A stretch of DNA of 62,064 nt, filler included, from Dugesia japonica (Eukaryota): the NCBI GenBank assembly GCA_001938525.1. It is 6 parts of 6 records of this genome, joined end to end, with 100 filler letters (N's around TTAATTAATTAA, not from the genome) between each part and the next. Parts side by side here need not be neighbours in the genome. Positions count along the whole stretch, not along the records: positions 23,213 to 34,494 come from MQRL01633496.1; positions 34,595 to 43,110 come from MQRL01549707.1; 4 more parts are not named here. One strand, given 5' to 3'. Of the stretch, positions 24,656 through 38,721 are shown piece by piece. A program made the position numbers and the translations under genes. Every line of letters begins with the position of its first letter. Position 1 is the first letter of the stretch. Below the pieces are notes generated by a model. It was not told the DNA's origin. It saw nothing but the letters and a program-made list of their open reading frames with translations, and made no database searches.

Positions 24656-27600
24656 CTAAATTACATGATTTAAATTAGTACATAAACTCTTCAAATCAAT
24701 ATGTCTCAGTTTAATAAATCCATCTGCGCTACAGTTTATTATTTTATTGTCACCAATAATATCTAAACTTTTGACAGCAAGATCACCTTTACTAAAAACT
24801 GAAGATTTAATCGGTTCACTTCGAAAGGTTTCAAAAAGTTCTTGATTATGTAATTGCCAAATCTTCAACAAATAAAATATAAATAAATTCATTTTAAAAT
24901 TTACTTTTATATGACCATCAGCGGCCGAGGATACAAAATAATATTGCAATGGGTCCAATTTTATTGCAGTTATACAAGAGTCATGGGCTTGAAAGATATT
25001 TTGGATTTTGTTTTGCCTAATATCAATTAATGCAATTTCTCCTTTTCTCGTACCTGCTAGAATTAACTCATAGCGTGATACATAACACAATGCAACAACT
25101 CCAATTGCTAATTGTGGATCAGATAAATCTAAATAAATTATAAAACGAATCAGAATGGAACAACAAATTACTTCGAACTTGATTTCTTCCTGAAGGTAAT
25201 AAAACGTCCCACATTGAAATATTTACAGAATTTGTATCAAAATTCCCACTACCAACTGCATGTAATTGATTAACTGAAGATAACCCGTGCAATGTTGAAC
25301 CTCCGGCGGTTGCAACTAATGAGGAAGAATTTATAAAACAGAAGTCCAAAACTCCTTTATGTGGACATCGAGTTTGCTACAATAATAAAGTAACATATGC
25401 ATACATAACTTGATTTCTTACAAAATATTGAGCCCGAGAATTATCAGCATATGAAAAATGAAATAATGAAAAATTTCCTTCTGAGTCACCCATTCCAAAC
25501 TAAATTAATAAATTCAAAATAATATTTTATTATATTACGAACTACACGTTTCATTACGCCGAGTTAAACATAAGCTGTCTTACAAACCTAGAAAATCCTC
25601 TCCAAGACACTGAGTACTTGGATTGGCCAGCAAATAGCTGTAAAAGAACATAAAAGGAAAAATAAGAAAATAGTATGTATGACCTATCTTCATTTAAGGG
25701 GACACTCTAAAAATAGCTATTCACAATAATGTTCAAATCATCCAACTCACTCTACGTGTTGATTCACTTATTACCAGGTTTTGTACCTTCACTGAATATA
25801 GTTATGTAAGGTACCTCGGTTGGCTTCAATGCCAGTTGCGGGATAACAATGGAGCGCTTCGTAGCAAACTGAGAAGATATGTTGTTACACCTTGCTTAAG
25901 GCTAGAAACTCACAAAGTACTATCAAGCACGTAAGCTATCAAACACCAAGGCAGATATCAAAAACCAAGTAAGTTTTCATATTTTACAGAAATTACTTAA
26001 GGAGTTTTGGGGTTCTATGAAAAAGAAAAAATACCATAATAGTAAGATAAAAATATATTTACAGAGAAAAATGGTGATCATTACATTACACAAAATTAAG
26101 GTTGATGGAAAAATATTCAATCCATTCAACATAAATATTCTTGTTTCTCCATANTCTTCCTTTAACAAAATACTTCTTTAGATCATGGATGCTCAACCCG
26201 CAGTAACACGTTTTAGATTTACATATTTTGAAGTGTGGAAAGTTATTAATTATACCTTGTCAATTAATTAAATAAAAATAATACTTTATTTCCATTCGCA
26301 TCAAAATTTAAAGAAGTAATTTTTCCTTTTTGTATAGGTGAGTAAGTTTTAACAACAGCTGCATCAATAGACCATTCAAAAACACCAACTTGGCCATTAG
26401 TGTTTCCAGTTATATCTTAAATAAATTAAATTTTTTATAATTTATAAAAAAAACTTACAGTAAGGTAACAATGGGTGAGATTTTATAATTTGTATACCGT
26501 GTATTGGTCTCTTGAGAATCTAAATTTTAATTAAAACACAAATGATGAAAGACAAAATATTTCAGTAGAAACGAATTAATAAAATAGAACTGTATATATT
26601 ATAAAAGTTCAAATTGTTAAAAATCCTTCAATATAAAAATACACGATAGCTTCAATAAATTTATTGTACATGCTTCAATAAATTGTTAAAATTACAAATG
26701 CTAATATACAAGGTGGTCTATAAGTAACCGAACAATAATTATTATGTAATAAACAACACCGATTATCGACTACTCGTCACTCTTAATATAAAACTTGGGC
26801 TACAAACGATGTACATTTTAATTGGAAGAACATGATCATGCTAAAAATTATTATTTGTCACTTTTAACAATAAATAGGGTTCGAATACTTCTGGACGACT
26901 TTCTCATATTTTGAATGCTATATTAGACATAGTGAAAATATTGAATTGTTTCAAAAGCCTTCACAGAGTCGTTCAAAACATGTATAGGTTGGTTTGAACT
27001 TTGAAGCCTGACATTTAGCTGATTAAGATGCATCATCATATTCGACAAAGAAAGGAGGACTTTTAGCAAGGAGGGAGGTTAGTAGTTGCCATGGTAACTG
27101 TGACTTAATATTTACTTGATTGTTTTGTAGCTATTACAAAATCATTATGTAATCACTGGTAGTCATCGCGTAATACATTTTATATTACGCAGCCATTACA
27201 TAATAGTTCCACAATCATTCGAAAACCATATCCAGATTACACAATTATTACAAAATCATTCGGGAGCGGGTTTCTGGTAACGCGATAGTTATGTAATAAT
27301 TACGAAATAATAGCTCTTGTGGTTACCATGGAAGCTTATGAAATCCATTGCAAAAAGTAATGTTTGTAAAAGCATTTCTTTTCCTCGAACTTTGTCATGT
27401 TACACATCATTCGACACAGAATTTACGCCGATCAAGAATATCAAGTTAAAATCGTTGGAACGTACACACAACAAATTAAATGAGAAATAAAAATGATTCT
27501 TCAGCAAACAAGTACATACAATGCGAATACACAGTTAAGTGACTGATGACTGCACTTTGTGCCCTCACAGAGGATTAAAGTGTGTATTTTGCGGAACGTT

Positions 27601-30600
27601 CGCACAAAGTGTCTACACTGAGACAAATTTCCGACATACATTAGAATACTCCATGGACAATATTACCATTAAAATATTTTCCAGGTGGACAACAACATTT
27701 AAATACTCTCAGAGTTAGATTTTAATATATTTAATAAATAATTTTAAATATTTAAAAATAATTCGAATGTTCTGAAATTATAGTATGTAATCAAAAAACA
27801 TGAATGATTCATGAACTTTATCATATTATATAATCGATACATATTTTATACTATATACACACATGCATTAAAGTAACTATTACTATATAAACCAAATCTT
27901 GCAGCTATTATTTATTATTTAAAAATGAAATCTACTACACTTACAAAGTAAAATGCGTCTTCACTTGATATCAAATGTGGAAAATCTCAAAACTAATACA
28001 AATACGAAATGGTTTTATAAATTTAAATGGAAGATAACAATATCTATGATATTTCAGACAGACATATGATTACAGTGGAAATCATCGGCTACAAGAAACT
28101 TGAAAACAATGTTGAACCTATTAGGAAATTGAAAAGTATTTAAAAGATGGATTAAAATTGTTATCATTATATTATTTGTCTTATTACTTAATATTATATG
28201 CGTAAATAAATTCATTTAGAAAAACGTCTTGTAGGCTCTAGGTTGGCCACCCTGTCTGAGTTGATTTTAAAAGTAATATTCATATAATATTTAAAATTTA
28301 AAAAAATAAAATCTTTAAAATAAATGTTCATTAACTAAAAAATTTTATAATACTAATCAATTAAATTTTGACTTAGAGCCTTTACTCTTATTGAGTAAAT
28401 ACAAATTTTAAAATAATACAAATTTATTCGGACAACGTTGAAATTTTACTTAATTTACCGTTTTAATTGCTTTACGACTCATGTCTAAAGCCAAATCAGA
28501 TGATAACTCCGATAAATATGTCGCATTATAATTTAACTGTATAATTATAAAATATATGTAGTTTATAATACCGTCAATTTTAATAAAACTAACCACATTA
28601 GAATTAGAATAATCTTGTGATGGTAAATTTATAGTTGATCCGAATGTTGGTGAAATTAATAAAAAATCACTAGTAAGACATTTTTCAGAATTTTTATTTT
28701 TTTCTGTTCTATACATAAAAAAATAAGAGAATCGTAAATTTTATAAATTACTCTTTAATTGTATTTAGCAAATAATCATAATCATGTTGATACCAATTTT
28801 CTGAGTCAGCAAAATGATTAACACTTAATTCAATAATTTCTTTGGATGTTGATGTAACCAATAAAGAATTATCGACCTAGAAATGTAAAATTATTATTTT
28901 ATAAAAATGTTTAACTTGATTAATAGCCATGGAAAATAAACTCTCGTGCTCCTTGTGAATAATACGAATATTTTTATAAATTTCGGAATTATATGAATTC
29001 AACAATGTATCACTTTGATCCGTATCTTTTTCCTCGAATAAAAAGAAAATAAGAATAAAATTAATAAATAATAAACTGTTTGATAATGTTTTGAAACCAA
29101 GAAATGTTGAACAAATATTGGCTGTAACTTCTTTTTTCTAATCAAACTGAACCATAGGCGTTTCATTGATAAAGAAATATTAGTACGATTCCTATAGAAA
29201 ATAAGAATAAAATTTTAACCAAACAAATTAACACATAACTCCAAATATATGACTAATCATAATATGACGGTAAAAAAATCTGAAAANNNNNNNNNNNNNN
29301 NNNNNNNNNNNNNNNNNNNNNNNNNNNNNNNNNNNNNNNNNNNNNNNNNNNNNNNNNNNNNNNNNNNNNNNNNNNNNNNNNNNNNNNNNATTTTAGTTAA
29401 GTTTTTAAAAAGTTCTAGAATTACATTTCTAAAATGGCTATTTATAAATAAAGATTAAGCCAAAAATTTGAAAAATGTATCATCCATATTTTAAAATTTT
29501 CTGACGCTTCTGATGCTCCGTCAATGCATTATGTAAACTTATTACAGCTTTTTCAAGATCACTATTAAGTTTTATTCCAACACATATGAAGAATAGTTAC
29601 GAGTTTGTTAAACGAATTTGGTTTATTTGATATAACAAATCGATATGGATAAACTTCCATTGACGTACCTGAAAATGTCATCAAAGATATAAAGAACATA
29701 CAGATATTCCAGANNNNNCCAACAATGATTCCAAATATCTCATCAATTTGTGCCTTTTCTCTGATAGCATTTTTATCGAAGAACAATTTGTTAAAAAAGG
29801 TGGTTTTTCGTCTCCCATTCTAGCTATAATTTTTATGAACTTCATTGCAAGTCAAATAATTCTCAAAGAAAATGCGTCTATGGTTTAGATACATAGAAGA
29901 TATTTTCTTTGTTACTAATTCTCCTTCAGAAAATATTTTGGAATTAGCCAATAGTATTAATGATAACATCAAATTCACTTTAGAGAAGTGAATTCGTTTT
30001 CTAGACACCTTAATCCAAAAGAAATCTTGTGAAATATGAATTACCCGATTATATATGAAACCATTTTACAGTAGACATATATTTCCCTGGAATAATAATA
30101 CTACCAAACAGCTTTAGGAAAAATCAAGGTTGAAAGAATTAGAGACTATCTTCAAATGAAGAAATGAAATTGACTCCCCTCACGTTGATTAAAAATAAAT
30201 TCCTATAATTCTTATAATAATTAAAATAAACTGTAATATAAAAATATCCAATAAAAGGCGAAAAATTTGGCAAAATTTTCTAATTATCTGGAATTCTAAT
30301 CAATCGAAAAGTTAAATTCCTGAAGAATAATAATCGAAAATTCGGATAACTAACAAAAAAAGAAATAAAAAGATACATTTTGATCGAAGCTTTTAATTTA
30401 ATGAAAATTCAAATGAAATCTAATATTTTCTATTGAAAAAATCATTAGGCCTCTCGTTTTTTTGTTAATGAAATCGGTTTAAATAGAATGAACACTATTA
30501 TGAAAATTTCTTGATACTTTTTTTACATTTCAAATTGAGTTCATGTTTATTAAATAAAATCATTAAATTATTTTTATTGATTACATGTTGATGAAAATAG

Positions 30601-31448
30601 AAAATGTGTACAGTATCTAACTATCTTTAAACTATTGAAGTAATTTCTTTTCAGGATTATTAAGAAATAAATAAGTGGACATATATATTCAGTTGAATTT
30701 TAAGTATGTATTCTAGCCTGAGAATTAAAAATATCATCAAAGTATAACTAATTAGAAAATCCCCTGAAAATATTCAAATCATTTAATACAAATTTCTAAA
30801 ATAATAAAAATTATTGAGACGGTATTATAAAAAATATAAGTTTCAATTGTGATTTAAGTAAAAAATCAATTTTTTTATTCTTTTCCAAAAATGAGCATCA
30901 AAATTCTTTGATGCTTTTCAAAATTCTTTTATCAAGCAAAAGTAAAAATATTGAAACCTACTTAAAAGGACTGTTTTCATAGTTGCCAAAACTTTTGCAT
31001 AAATTAATCAAGCGAGTAGATACATGATCGTTTTTAGATGACTGTTGACAATCTTTAAAAAATTCTAAATATGATTCGGGAATTGAAGAGTAATTATTCA
31101 AATGAATCTTGCATTGATTTTGCCACTCAGAAATACAATTCACAATGGTATATATATTTGGACAAAAAATGGCTAGTTCTATAAAATAAAAAAATTAAAA
31201 TTAAAAAAATTAATTATATAACTCTTACCTCCATTTTCAATCTGAAGAATTTTTAAAAGTTCTTTAATCTCAAAATACACAGAATGTAAGATTATCCACC
31301 TTAATAAAGCCCAAGTATAAGATTTATAATTGGTGCATTCTTTGTCCGAATAAAGATCTTCATTTTCTATAAATGAATCAAGATTTTCATCTAATTCCTC
31401 CACGTCAGAGTCATAAATAAATTCAATGGATTTTGAATTGATTGCTGG
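24656..31448 (-). CDS. DMXL: DmX-like protein / rabconnectin-3 alpha, C-terminal 630 aa (exons 31448-31229, 31178-30962, 29191-29077, 29032-28916, 28876-28752, 28708-28594, 28536-28459, 26519-26459, 26415-26285, 25499-25422, 25376-25172, 25128-24905, 24862-24656)
   Basis: All 12 introns are GT-AG and phase-consistent (1893 nt in total). Motifs IYDSD, SYTWALL, ENSPFK, KRLWFSL, IIHKE, KSHPLLPYYITG, DFCFINSSSLVATAG, FQAHDS, ADGHIKIW, CSADGFIK match the DMXL1/2 C-terminal WD40 region in order. Confidence 0.93.
27089..27332. mobile_element. Putative MITE in DMXL intron
   Basis: Inverted ends ccatggtaac...gttaccatgg with internal complementary segments (gctatt/aatagc). Confidence 0.45.
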
Positions 31449-31534
31449 CTGATTATAAAATTAATGAATTTTGCAATCAAAAAAATGCTATTTGTTAATG
31501 TAAGAGTAATTAATAGATGATGCATATCTGGGAG

Positions 31535-33256
31535 TAGAGTTTCTTCTCGAGAAATTTTCAATTTAAAAATTCTCATTTCTCGAGAAATTTTAACTCAGGA
31601 AATCGCGAAATTTGAGAAAGTCAGAAAACAAAATTTTCTTGAAATATTTCTAATATTCTAATGAGTTACAGTGCTTTCCAATATAATTTTAAATTTTTCT
31701 TAGCCCACGAACTATAAAGAGGCTTATTATAATGAATAATTTTTAAAATTTGTATCATATTAGTCTTTACAATTTTACCCTATATATAANNNNNNNNNNN
31801 NNNNNNNNNNNNNNNNNNNNNNNNNNNNNNNNNNNNNNNNNNNNNNNNNNNNNNNNNNNNNNNNNNNNNNNNNNNNNNNNNNNNNNNNNNNNNNNNNNNN
31901 NNNNNNNNNNNNNNNNNNGTAGTTGCTGTAACAAGTGATGGCTCAGTGGTAATGGAGAAATTCGGAAAATTATCTCCTTCCATTCAACAACTGTGTTATA
32001 ATCATGTAATCCATCTTGCGATTATAAAAGTTTTTTATACTAGAAAAGCCAACATTGAATCATGTTCTAACGATGAAGATTATGATAAAATTGAAAGTGA
32101 TTCTATATACGATAGTGAAGAAGATGTCGTTGAGTCAGATGCAGAACTAGTTTTAGCAAAAAATGTTCGTGAAACCATTAATGCTGTCCGGAAAATTGAA
32201 AGATTATTATTCAAAAACTCACCAGTGAGAAATTCTATTCTTCATAAAAGAAGTTGTTGTTGTTGAAATAAGAGAACTGCAGTTAATTCTCGATTGTAAG
32301 ACTCGCTGGAATAGCTTAATAAATAAGGTTGTCCGATTTATGAAGCTTGAAGAACCTATCATTAAAGCCTTAAATGAAATAAACTGTATTTCTGGGAAAA
32401 AGAATATACAAAAGTTTGTAAAGAAATTGTAAATGTGTTGGAATTAGTTAAGTTTGCTTTGGAGGAGCTCAGCAAAAAATTTAATGCAAATCTATTGATC
32501 AGCGAAGGTATACTTAATTTTTTGTTTAATAATTTAAAAAATCAAAATAGAAACATGACCAATGAGTATTTAGATGAATTGAAAGCTTATATATTTAAAC
32601 ATTGTAACATACCACTAGTTTCACTAATAAAGTTCTTAAGCAATCCAAAATTAACTCAAGAAAATGATGATTTTTTTTAAATCATCAAATAAATCAGAAA
32701 TGTTAAAACTAGCAAAATTACTAATGATAAGACTTTTTAGTAATCAAATTAACGATGGTGTTGATAACGTTGAATTAGAATTTATACCTCAAGTGGAGAC
32801 TGGAAATGCTATTGTAAAAACTTTAAATGACCAATTACAAAGTTCAATATCCATGTATACAGACACGATAAATCCTCACGAAACTAGTGAAGCATTTTGC
32901 TCATTGACAAAAGAATTTAACATTTACGAATGTACTGGAAATATTACTCAAAATTTGCAACAATTATTTGATGCACTACTAACAATAAGATCTACCTCAA
33001 CACCAAATAAACGTAATTTTTCAACTTCTGGAACGTTTATTACGAAACTTCAAACTCGGTTATCAGATATTATGTTTTTATATATATAAAAATATATGTT
33101 TTTTGAAATATCATTAAGAAAAAAAATATTTAAAAATATTCAAACAAATTGACTTGTATTTATTTTCGGGAATAATTACGAAATTCTCGAGAATTAAAAT
33201 ACTTCAAGAAATTAGAAGTATTAGTATTAGAAGTAAAAGTATTAGAAGAAACCCTA
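31535..33256 (+). mobile_element. hAT DNA transposon with frameshifted transposase
   Basis: TIRs TAGAGTTTCTTCT and AGAAGAAACCCTA; 8-bp TSD TCTGGGAG (31527-31534, 33257-33264). Motifs VTSDG, CYNHVIHL, LDCKTRWNSL, TSTPNKRNFSTSG (hAT dimerisation-like). Confidence 0.93.
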
Positions 33257-34914
33257 TCTGGGAGAACATTTGAATTTAAATAATTTTATATATATTATAT
33301 AGGATTATATTAAAATTAATTCTTGAAATATTTTTAAAAATTAATTAGAATATATAATTTAAAAAAAGTATTAGAGATTTTTCAGATATAAAATTTTTTG
33401 TCAAAAGTTTTGAAAATTTGATTTGGTTATATATATATAGTATATAAAAATTATTTTATTTTATCTTATATTATCTTTAAAATTATAGTAGAAATATTTT
33501 TTGAAATATTTATAGTAACAAAAATATTACTGATTTTTTAAAATATTAAAAATTATTTTGAAAGATTATTGAAATGTATATTATTACAAAATAACAATGT
33601 CACCAAACTTTTTAATGTCTGAAACACTTATGTTTATACATTTATATATATTTCAAATCATGCTATTAAATAAAATAGAAAATTCGTTACTTATATTATT
33701 TATAATATAATATTAATTATTAATGATAGATGAATTAATTTTCTTACTTAATAGTTTAATTGTTTTACATATAAAGTTAAATAAAAAGTAGTCATTGTGC
33801 TCCTTATATATCGGCATTAGAGAAGACAATTCATTAATACAATTTAAATAAGTATTGAAGCTGCTCTTGTTGAGAGCTTTTTCTATTTGTAGCAGCAGGT
33901 TAATTTTATCTTGAGAGTTTTTAGTTAACATGATGTTAAGTAAACTATATACAAAAGATATATTTAATTAAAATTTCTAAGCGTGTTCTCGAATTTAAGG
34001 GTAGAACTGAAAAATGAAAAATCTTTTATTATCATCTTTACATTTAATAACTATATCTACAAACGTAGTCATGGGTTAAAGATATATTGATTTAACTTAA
34101 AAATATTTTTAACTTTAATAAAACAATTTTGATAGTGAATAAAAATTATGGATAATTGTGAAGTTCTCGATTTAACTAATATCTCATTCGAAATATAGTA
34201 AAATTAGAATATCTTGATTTTATAAAAAAAATAAATTATAATAAAAATATAGATAGAATTTTTGAAAATATTACGGTCCTTCAGAATTTAAGTAAAAATA
34301 CAAATGCAGTAAAACTATTTACTAATTTTGAATTAGGGCATATGTTTGAATGGTGACCAGTCAAAATAGCCTCATCAAAAATTTCATTAATATATTATTT
34401 CATGATATTATATTTTATACTAAAGCTTTATTATATTTTATTTTATTATATCAAATTTTATTAATAATTTTATTAATATATATAAATATATTATNNNNNN
34501 NNNNNNNNNNNNNNNNNNNNNNNNNNNNNNNNNNNNNNTTAATTAATTAANNNNNNNNNNNNNNNNNNNNNNNNNNNNNNNNNNNNNNNNNNNNATTGTT
34601 AAATACAAAACTTTGTTGCATCTTCATCATATTGCCATTCGATTAAAAATAACAAATACATGCATTTGTTTACATATTTTTATTGATTTATTTTGTGTTA
34701 CGACAACATTTATTAAATTAAAAACATGAATGATTTTAGTATAAGTGCACAGTAAAAATATTTACCAATACATAAAAATGCTGTTACTCATTGGGAACTA
34801 ATGTACCGGTTCATTTACACGAATTGCACTTCATATGATAATCAATAAATACGCTATTAATGAATTTCATTAAATAAATTATTTATTAAATATATTATTA
34901 TTATTAATACTATC

Positions 34915-34916
<2 letters not shown>

Positions 34917-34981
<65 letters not shown>

Positions 34982-35031
34982 NNNNNNNNNNNNNNNNNNN
35001 NNNNNNNNNNNNNNNNNNNNNNNNNNNNNNN

Positions 35032-35077
<46 letters not shown>

Positions 35078-35095
35078 CATTATTATTATTATCAT
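34917..35095. repeat. (TTA)n microsatellite spanning a gap
   Basis: Direct repeat. Confidence 0.95.
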
Positions 35096-36043
35096 TATAA
35101 TTATTTATAATAACAATTATTTAAATGATTTAAAAGAATTTATATAGTTATATATCTGTTTTTGTAGAAAAGTATAAATCATATTTACAATTTTCAAGAA
35201 ATGTGTTTGATTTATCAAAATGAACTGAAAAGAAAATTACATTGGTAAACTGTAGTGACAATTATGTAAGTGGTTGTCATACTAAATAACGATAATTATT
35301 CATCAAATTTAAGGTGGAAATATTTGTAAAATATTACGCTTTTTTTTATGAATTATTTAACTAAATCCCATAAAATTCTGAAATTCGAAACTATAAATCA
35401 ATACAATCAGATATCTGATTGTATGACTTCATCTGAAGATGCCTCACAATTCATAATTGATAATGAAAATAATTAAATAAGATTTATTTAAACACATTTA
35501 GGGCATGTAATAATTGAATTTTTAATTTTTCTTCGCATGATAATGGAATGTATAATTAGATATTTTGATTCAATCAATTAACCAATCAAATGATAGAATC
35601 TTGTCGGTTAATATGTTTCCATTGCTCACATTGATTTTCCAGATTAGAATTAAAAGAGAATATTTAAATTGTTTCAAGACGAAAACCGTCATAAAGACGA
35701 TACTAAGCAACAAATACGATTTTTCAAATTAATGATTTCATATTCTGATAATATTCATTAAGAAGAAAAAATGTTAAAATGAAAATATTAAGTACAACAA
35801 CTTTTGTTCAATAGGGTTACAAATACTCAAGACAATATAAATTACATAATCCACAAAGATCCATTAATTGGAATGCAGAAATAACTTGGAAAAAAAATTG
35901 TCCGATAAATCTTTATAATAATTATTTATTATTTTATTAAATTATTTTATTATTAAATTAAATTATTATTAAATTAAAATTAAATTATTTTATTTATTTA
36001 AATTAAATAAGTTTTATTATTTAGTTATTAGTATTATTATTAA

Positions 36044-36084
<41 letters not shown>

Positions 36085-38070
36085 NNNNNNNNNNNNNNNN
36101 NNNNNNNNNNNNNNNNNNNNNNNNNNNNNNNNNNNNNNNNNNNNNNNNNNNNNNNNNNNNNNNNNNNNNNNNNNNNNNNNNNNNNNNNNNNNNNNNNNNN
36201 NNNNNNNNNNNNNNNNNNNNNNNNNNNNNNNNNNNNNNNNNNNNNNNNNNNNNNNNNNNNNNNNNNNNNNNNNNNNNNNNNNNNNNNNNNNNNNNNNNNN
36301 NNNNNNNNNNNNNNNNNNNNNNNNNNNNNNNNNNNNNNNNNNNNNNNNNNNNNNNNNNNNNNNNNNNNNNNNNNNNNNNNNNNNNNNNNNNNNNNNNNNN
36401 NNNNNNNNNNGATATTTTATCCTAAAGTCTAACTTAAATCATAACTCTATTACTAATAAAAAATAATAATATTAAAAATTCTCAAAAAATCAAAATTTTT
36501 CAATAACTCTCCTAAANTTATTAATTAAAAAAAGTTTAAACTACTTACAATTGATTGAAATGATGGTAAAAAAAGTTAACACGTGAAAATTCTCTAATTA
36601 AAATTGTCAGAAGAAAGTAAATTTAGAAAGATCAACAAACAACATGGGAAATTAAACGTGTGGAAAAATACAAATTTTGTAAATATTTCATAGAAATGCT
36701 CTTGAGATAAGCAAAGTAACGTTGTTTTTTATTAATAAATATGAAAATAGCTGTCTATTAATTAAAAGAAATCATTAAAGTTCCAGTGGATATTTATTAA
36801 GAGATGAAAATAATTTCACTTATAAATAAAAACGAAACAAAAAAGATCAATCAAAAACAATGACTAAATAATTAATAATTTTTAATAATTCTAAATAACT
36901 GGAAATATATTTGCGAAATTTGTCTCAAAATACATTTTAAGTATTAGTATATTACTTCCTACACCCACGCTAGAAATTGTTTTGTGACATTAATAATGCA
37001 ATTTGATTGGTCGAAAACCTAGGTGTGTGATTACGTAATTGTGACAATAATACTGCAATTTGAATGGTCAATGGTAATGATTTTCTTTAATGATAACTTT
37101 CGTAATGATTTTATTTTAAGTTATTTTAACTAATTTTGAAATTAATAATTTCTTTTTAGTAATTAATTTGATTTTCAGATAATTATTGTAAAAGTTATGA
37201 ATTCTTATTATGAATTAGGATTGAAGTTATTAGAAATATGACAGTTTATCATGGATTATGATTACAGTTTTTCGGAAATATGAAAAATTATCATGAAAAA
37301 TTTATCACCTTCGTGAGATCTGGTGGCAAATTATATACAAATTTATATATGCTATTAGTACGTTTGTACAGCGCCGATTACATAAGAGTTAAACATGTTG
37401 TGAGGATATTTTTAAATTTAATATTATTTGTAGAATTTCTAATAATCTGAAAATACAAAACTAAAATCGATTATTTTTGAATTTAACTGTAATCTCTAAA
37501 AATTACAATATTTTATAATTTTCCACTCTAATTGTGATGATCGATTGATAATACAACATTGATTGTTTGATGTCGCATGTTCAAATAAAAGATTACCAAG
37601 ATTACTGATGCCAATTAAAATAGAAGACATTAAATATCTAGAAAATGTTTAGAAAATGGTTGCCGACCATTTTCCATAATTCACTTTTCCCAGAAGAATA
37701 TTAATAAATGAAAATAGTTAAATGAATACCAATATTCTATGTGACCGTGAGTCTTAGCAAACACCTGGAATTTGTCAAATCCTACTGTAAAAATAAATTC
37801 GATATACCTATACAAACTGGAAAAGGGTCTCTAAACATATTCAATTCAATAGTATTGATTTTGTCAAACTATTTAATATCAATATATTAATAACACAAGG
37901 CATCGTCTCTAAAATTGAAATTTAGTATGGAAGAGTTAGACAAAACAAATATATTGAATAATTTATATTCTTAACAAAAACTTTCAATAAACCTNATTTC
38001 AACAAGNGACAAAAACCTTTCTGTTATAATTTACAAAGATTTATAGTAATATAAATTGAGAATTTCATAC

Positions 38071-38174
38071 TTCTTTTTGACATTTCTGTTTCAATGATTG
38101 TTAGCGTTTCATTACCCTCACAAATATCATAAGGCATGTTCCCATCAGCATTGATCGCCAAAAAATCTGCTCCG
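38071..38174 (-). CDS. PPP1R16: Single exon of a PP1 regulatory subunit 16 (MYPT3/TIMAP/MYPT-75D)-like ankyrin protein
   Basis: TTTTCAG|...|GTATGA exon encoding GADFLAINADGNMPYDICEGNETLTIIETEMSKR; compare the family motif [31 protein letters not shown]. Confidence 0.85.
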
Positions 38175-38236
38175 CTGAAAAGATAAATTACCAAATATAT
38201 TTATTTGCATTATATAGTCATATAAATAATATTTCA

Positions 38237-38720
38237 TTAGGCTGGAACATAATTAATGACGCACGACATTCTTTGTTTCATAAAATTTTGTAGAAAGCTG
38301 TGGTTGCAGCCTAGAACAGTTGGAGAATCAGTACTATAACGCGAAATCAATAGAAAGAAGCAAGTTTTGTGTTTTTACTGGTGAAAAGACTGTCCCTTGT
38401 ACTAGGAATTACTAAACCCGTCGACATTTCAAACAGCGATGTGTATTGCACGCAATATGACCTGCGTTAAGCAGAAGTACAGCGAAAGGAAGCCTCTAGA
38501 GAGCAAATTGGGCCTATTAAGCTATTGAAAGACAACACAAGACCGCATAGGTGTAAAAGATCAGCAAGCTACATCAAAGATGTGCTCACCTGGGAACTAA
38601 TTATAACATTTTACTGTCTTTAAAAAACTTCTTTTTCATAAAATAGAATGTAGTCAAACCGACATTTGTGAGTATTTAGAGTCGAAAAATCGTGATTTCT
38701 TGGAAACATGAGTAAGAAGA
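38237..38720 (+). mobile_element. mariner transposase remnant
   Basis: TIR-like ttaggctggaacataattaatg; NSDVYCTQ...LLKDNTRPH...LTWELI (mariner HDNARPH motif). Confidence 0.75.
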
Positions 38721-38721
38721 T

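Noticed and set aside
24863-24904. VNFKMNLFIFYLLK (and VSFIKIDGIINYIYFIIIQ at 28537-28593) as DMXL coding sequence
   Set aside because: Stop-free in-frame GT-AG introns. Removing the first restores GHIK-IW homology; the second is inferred from splice signals only.
35840-35910. Candidate upstream DMXL exon (FCIPINGSLW, compare FIPPELSMW)
   Set aside because: Weak similarity, immediate stop, no phase-0 donor, and on a different contig.
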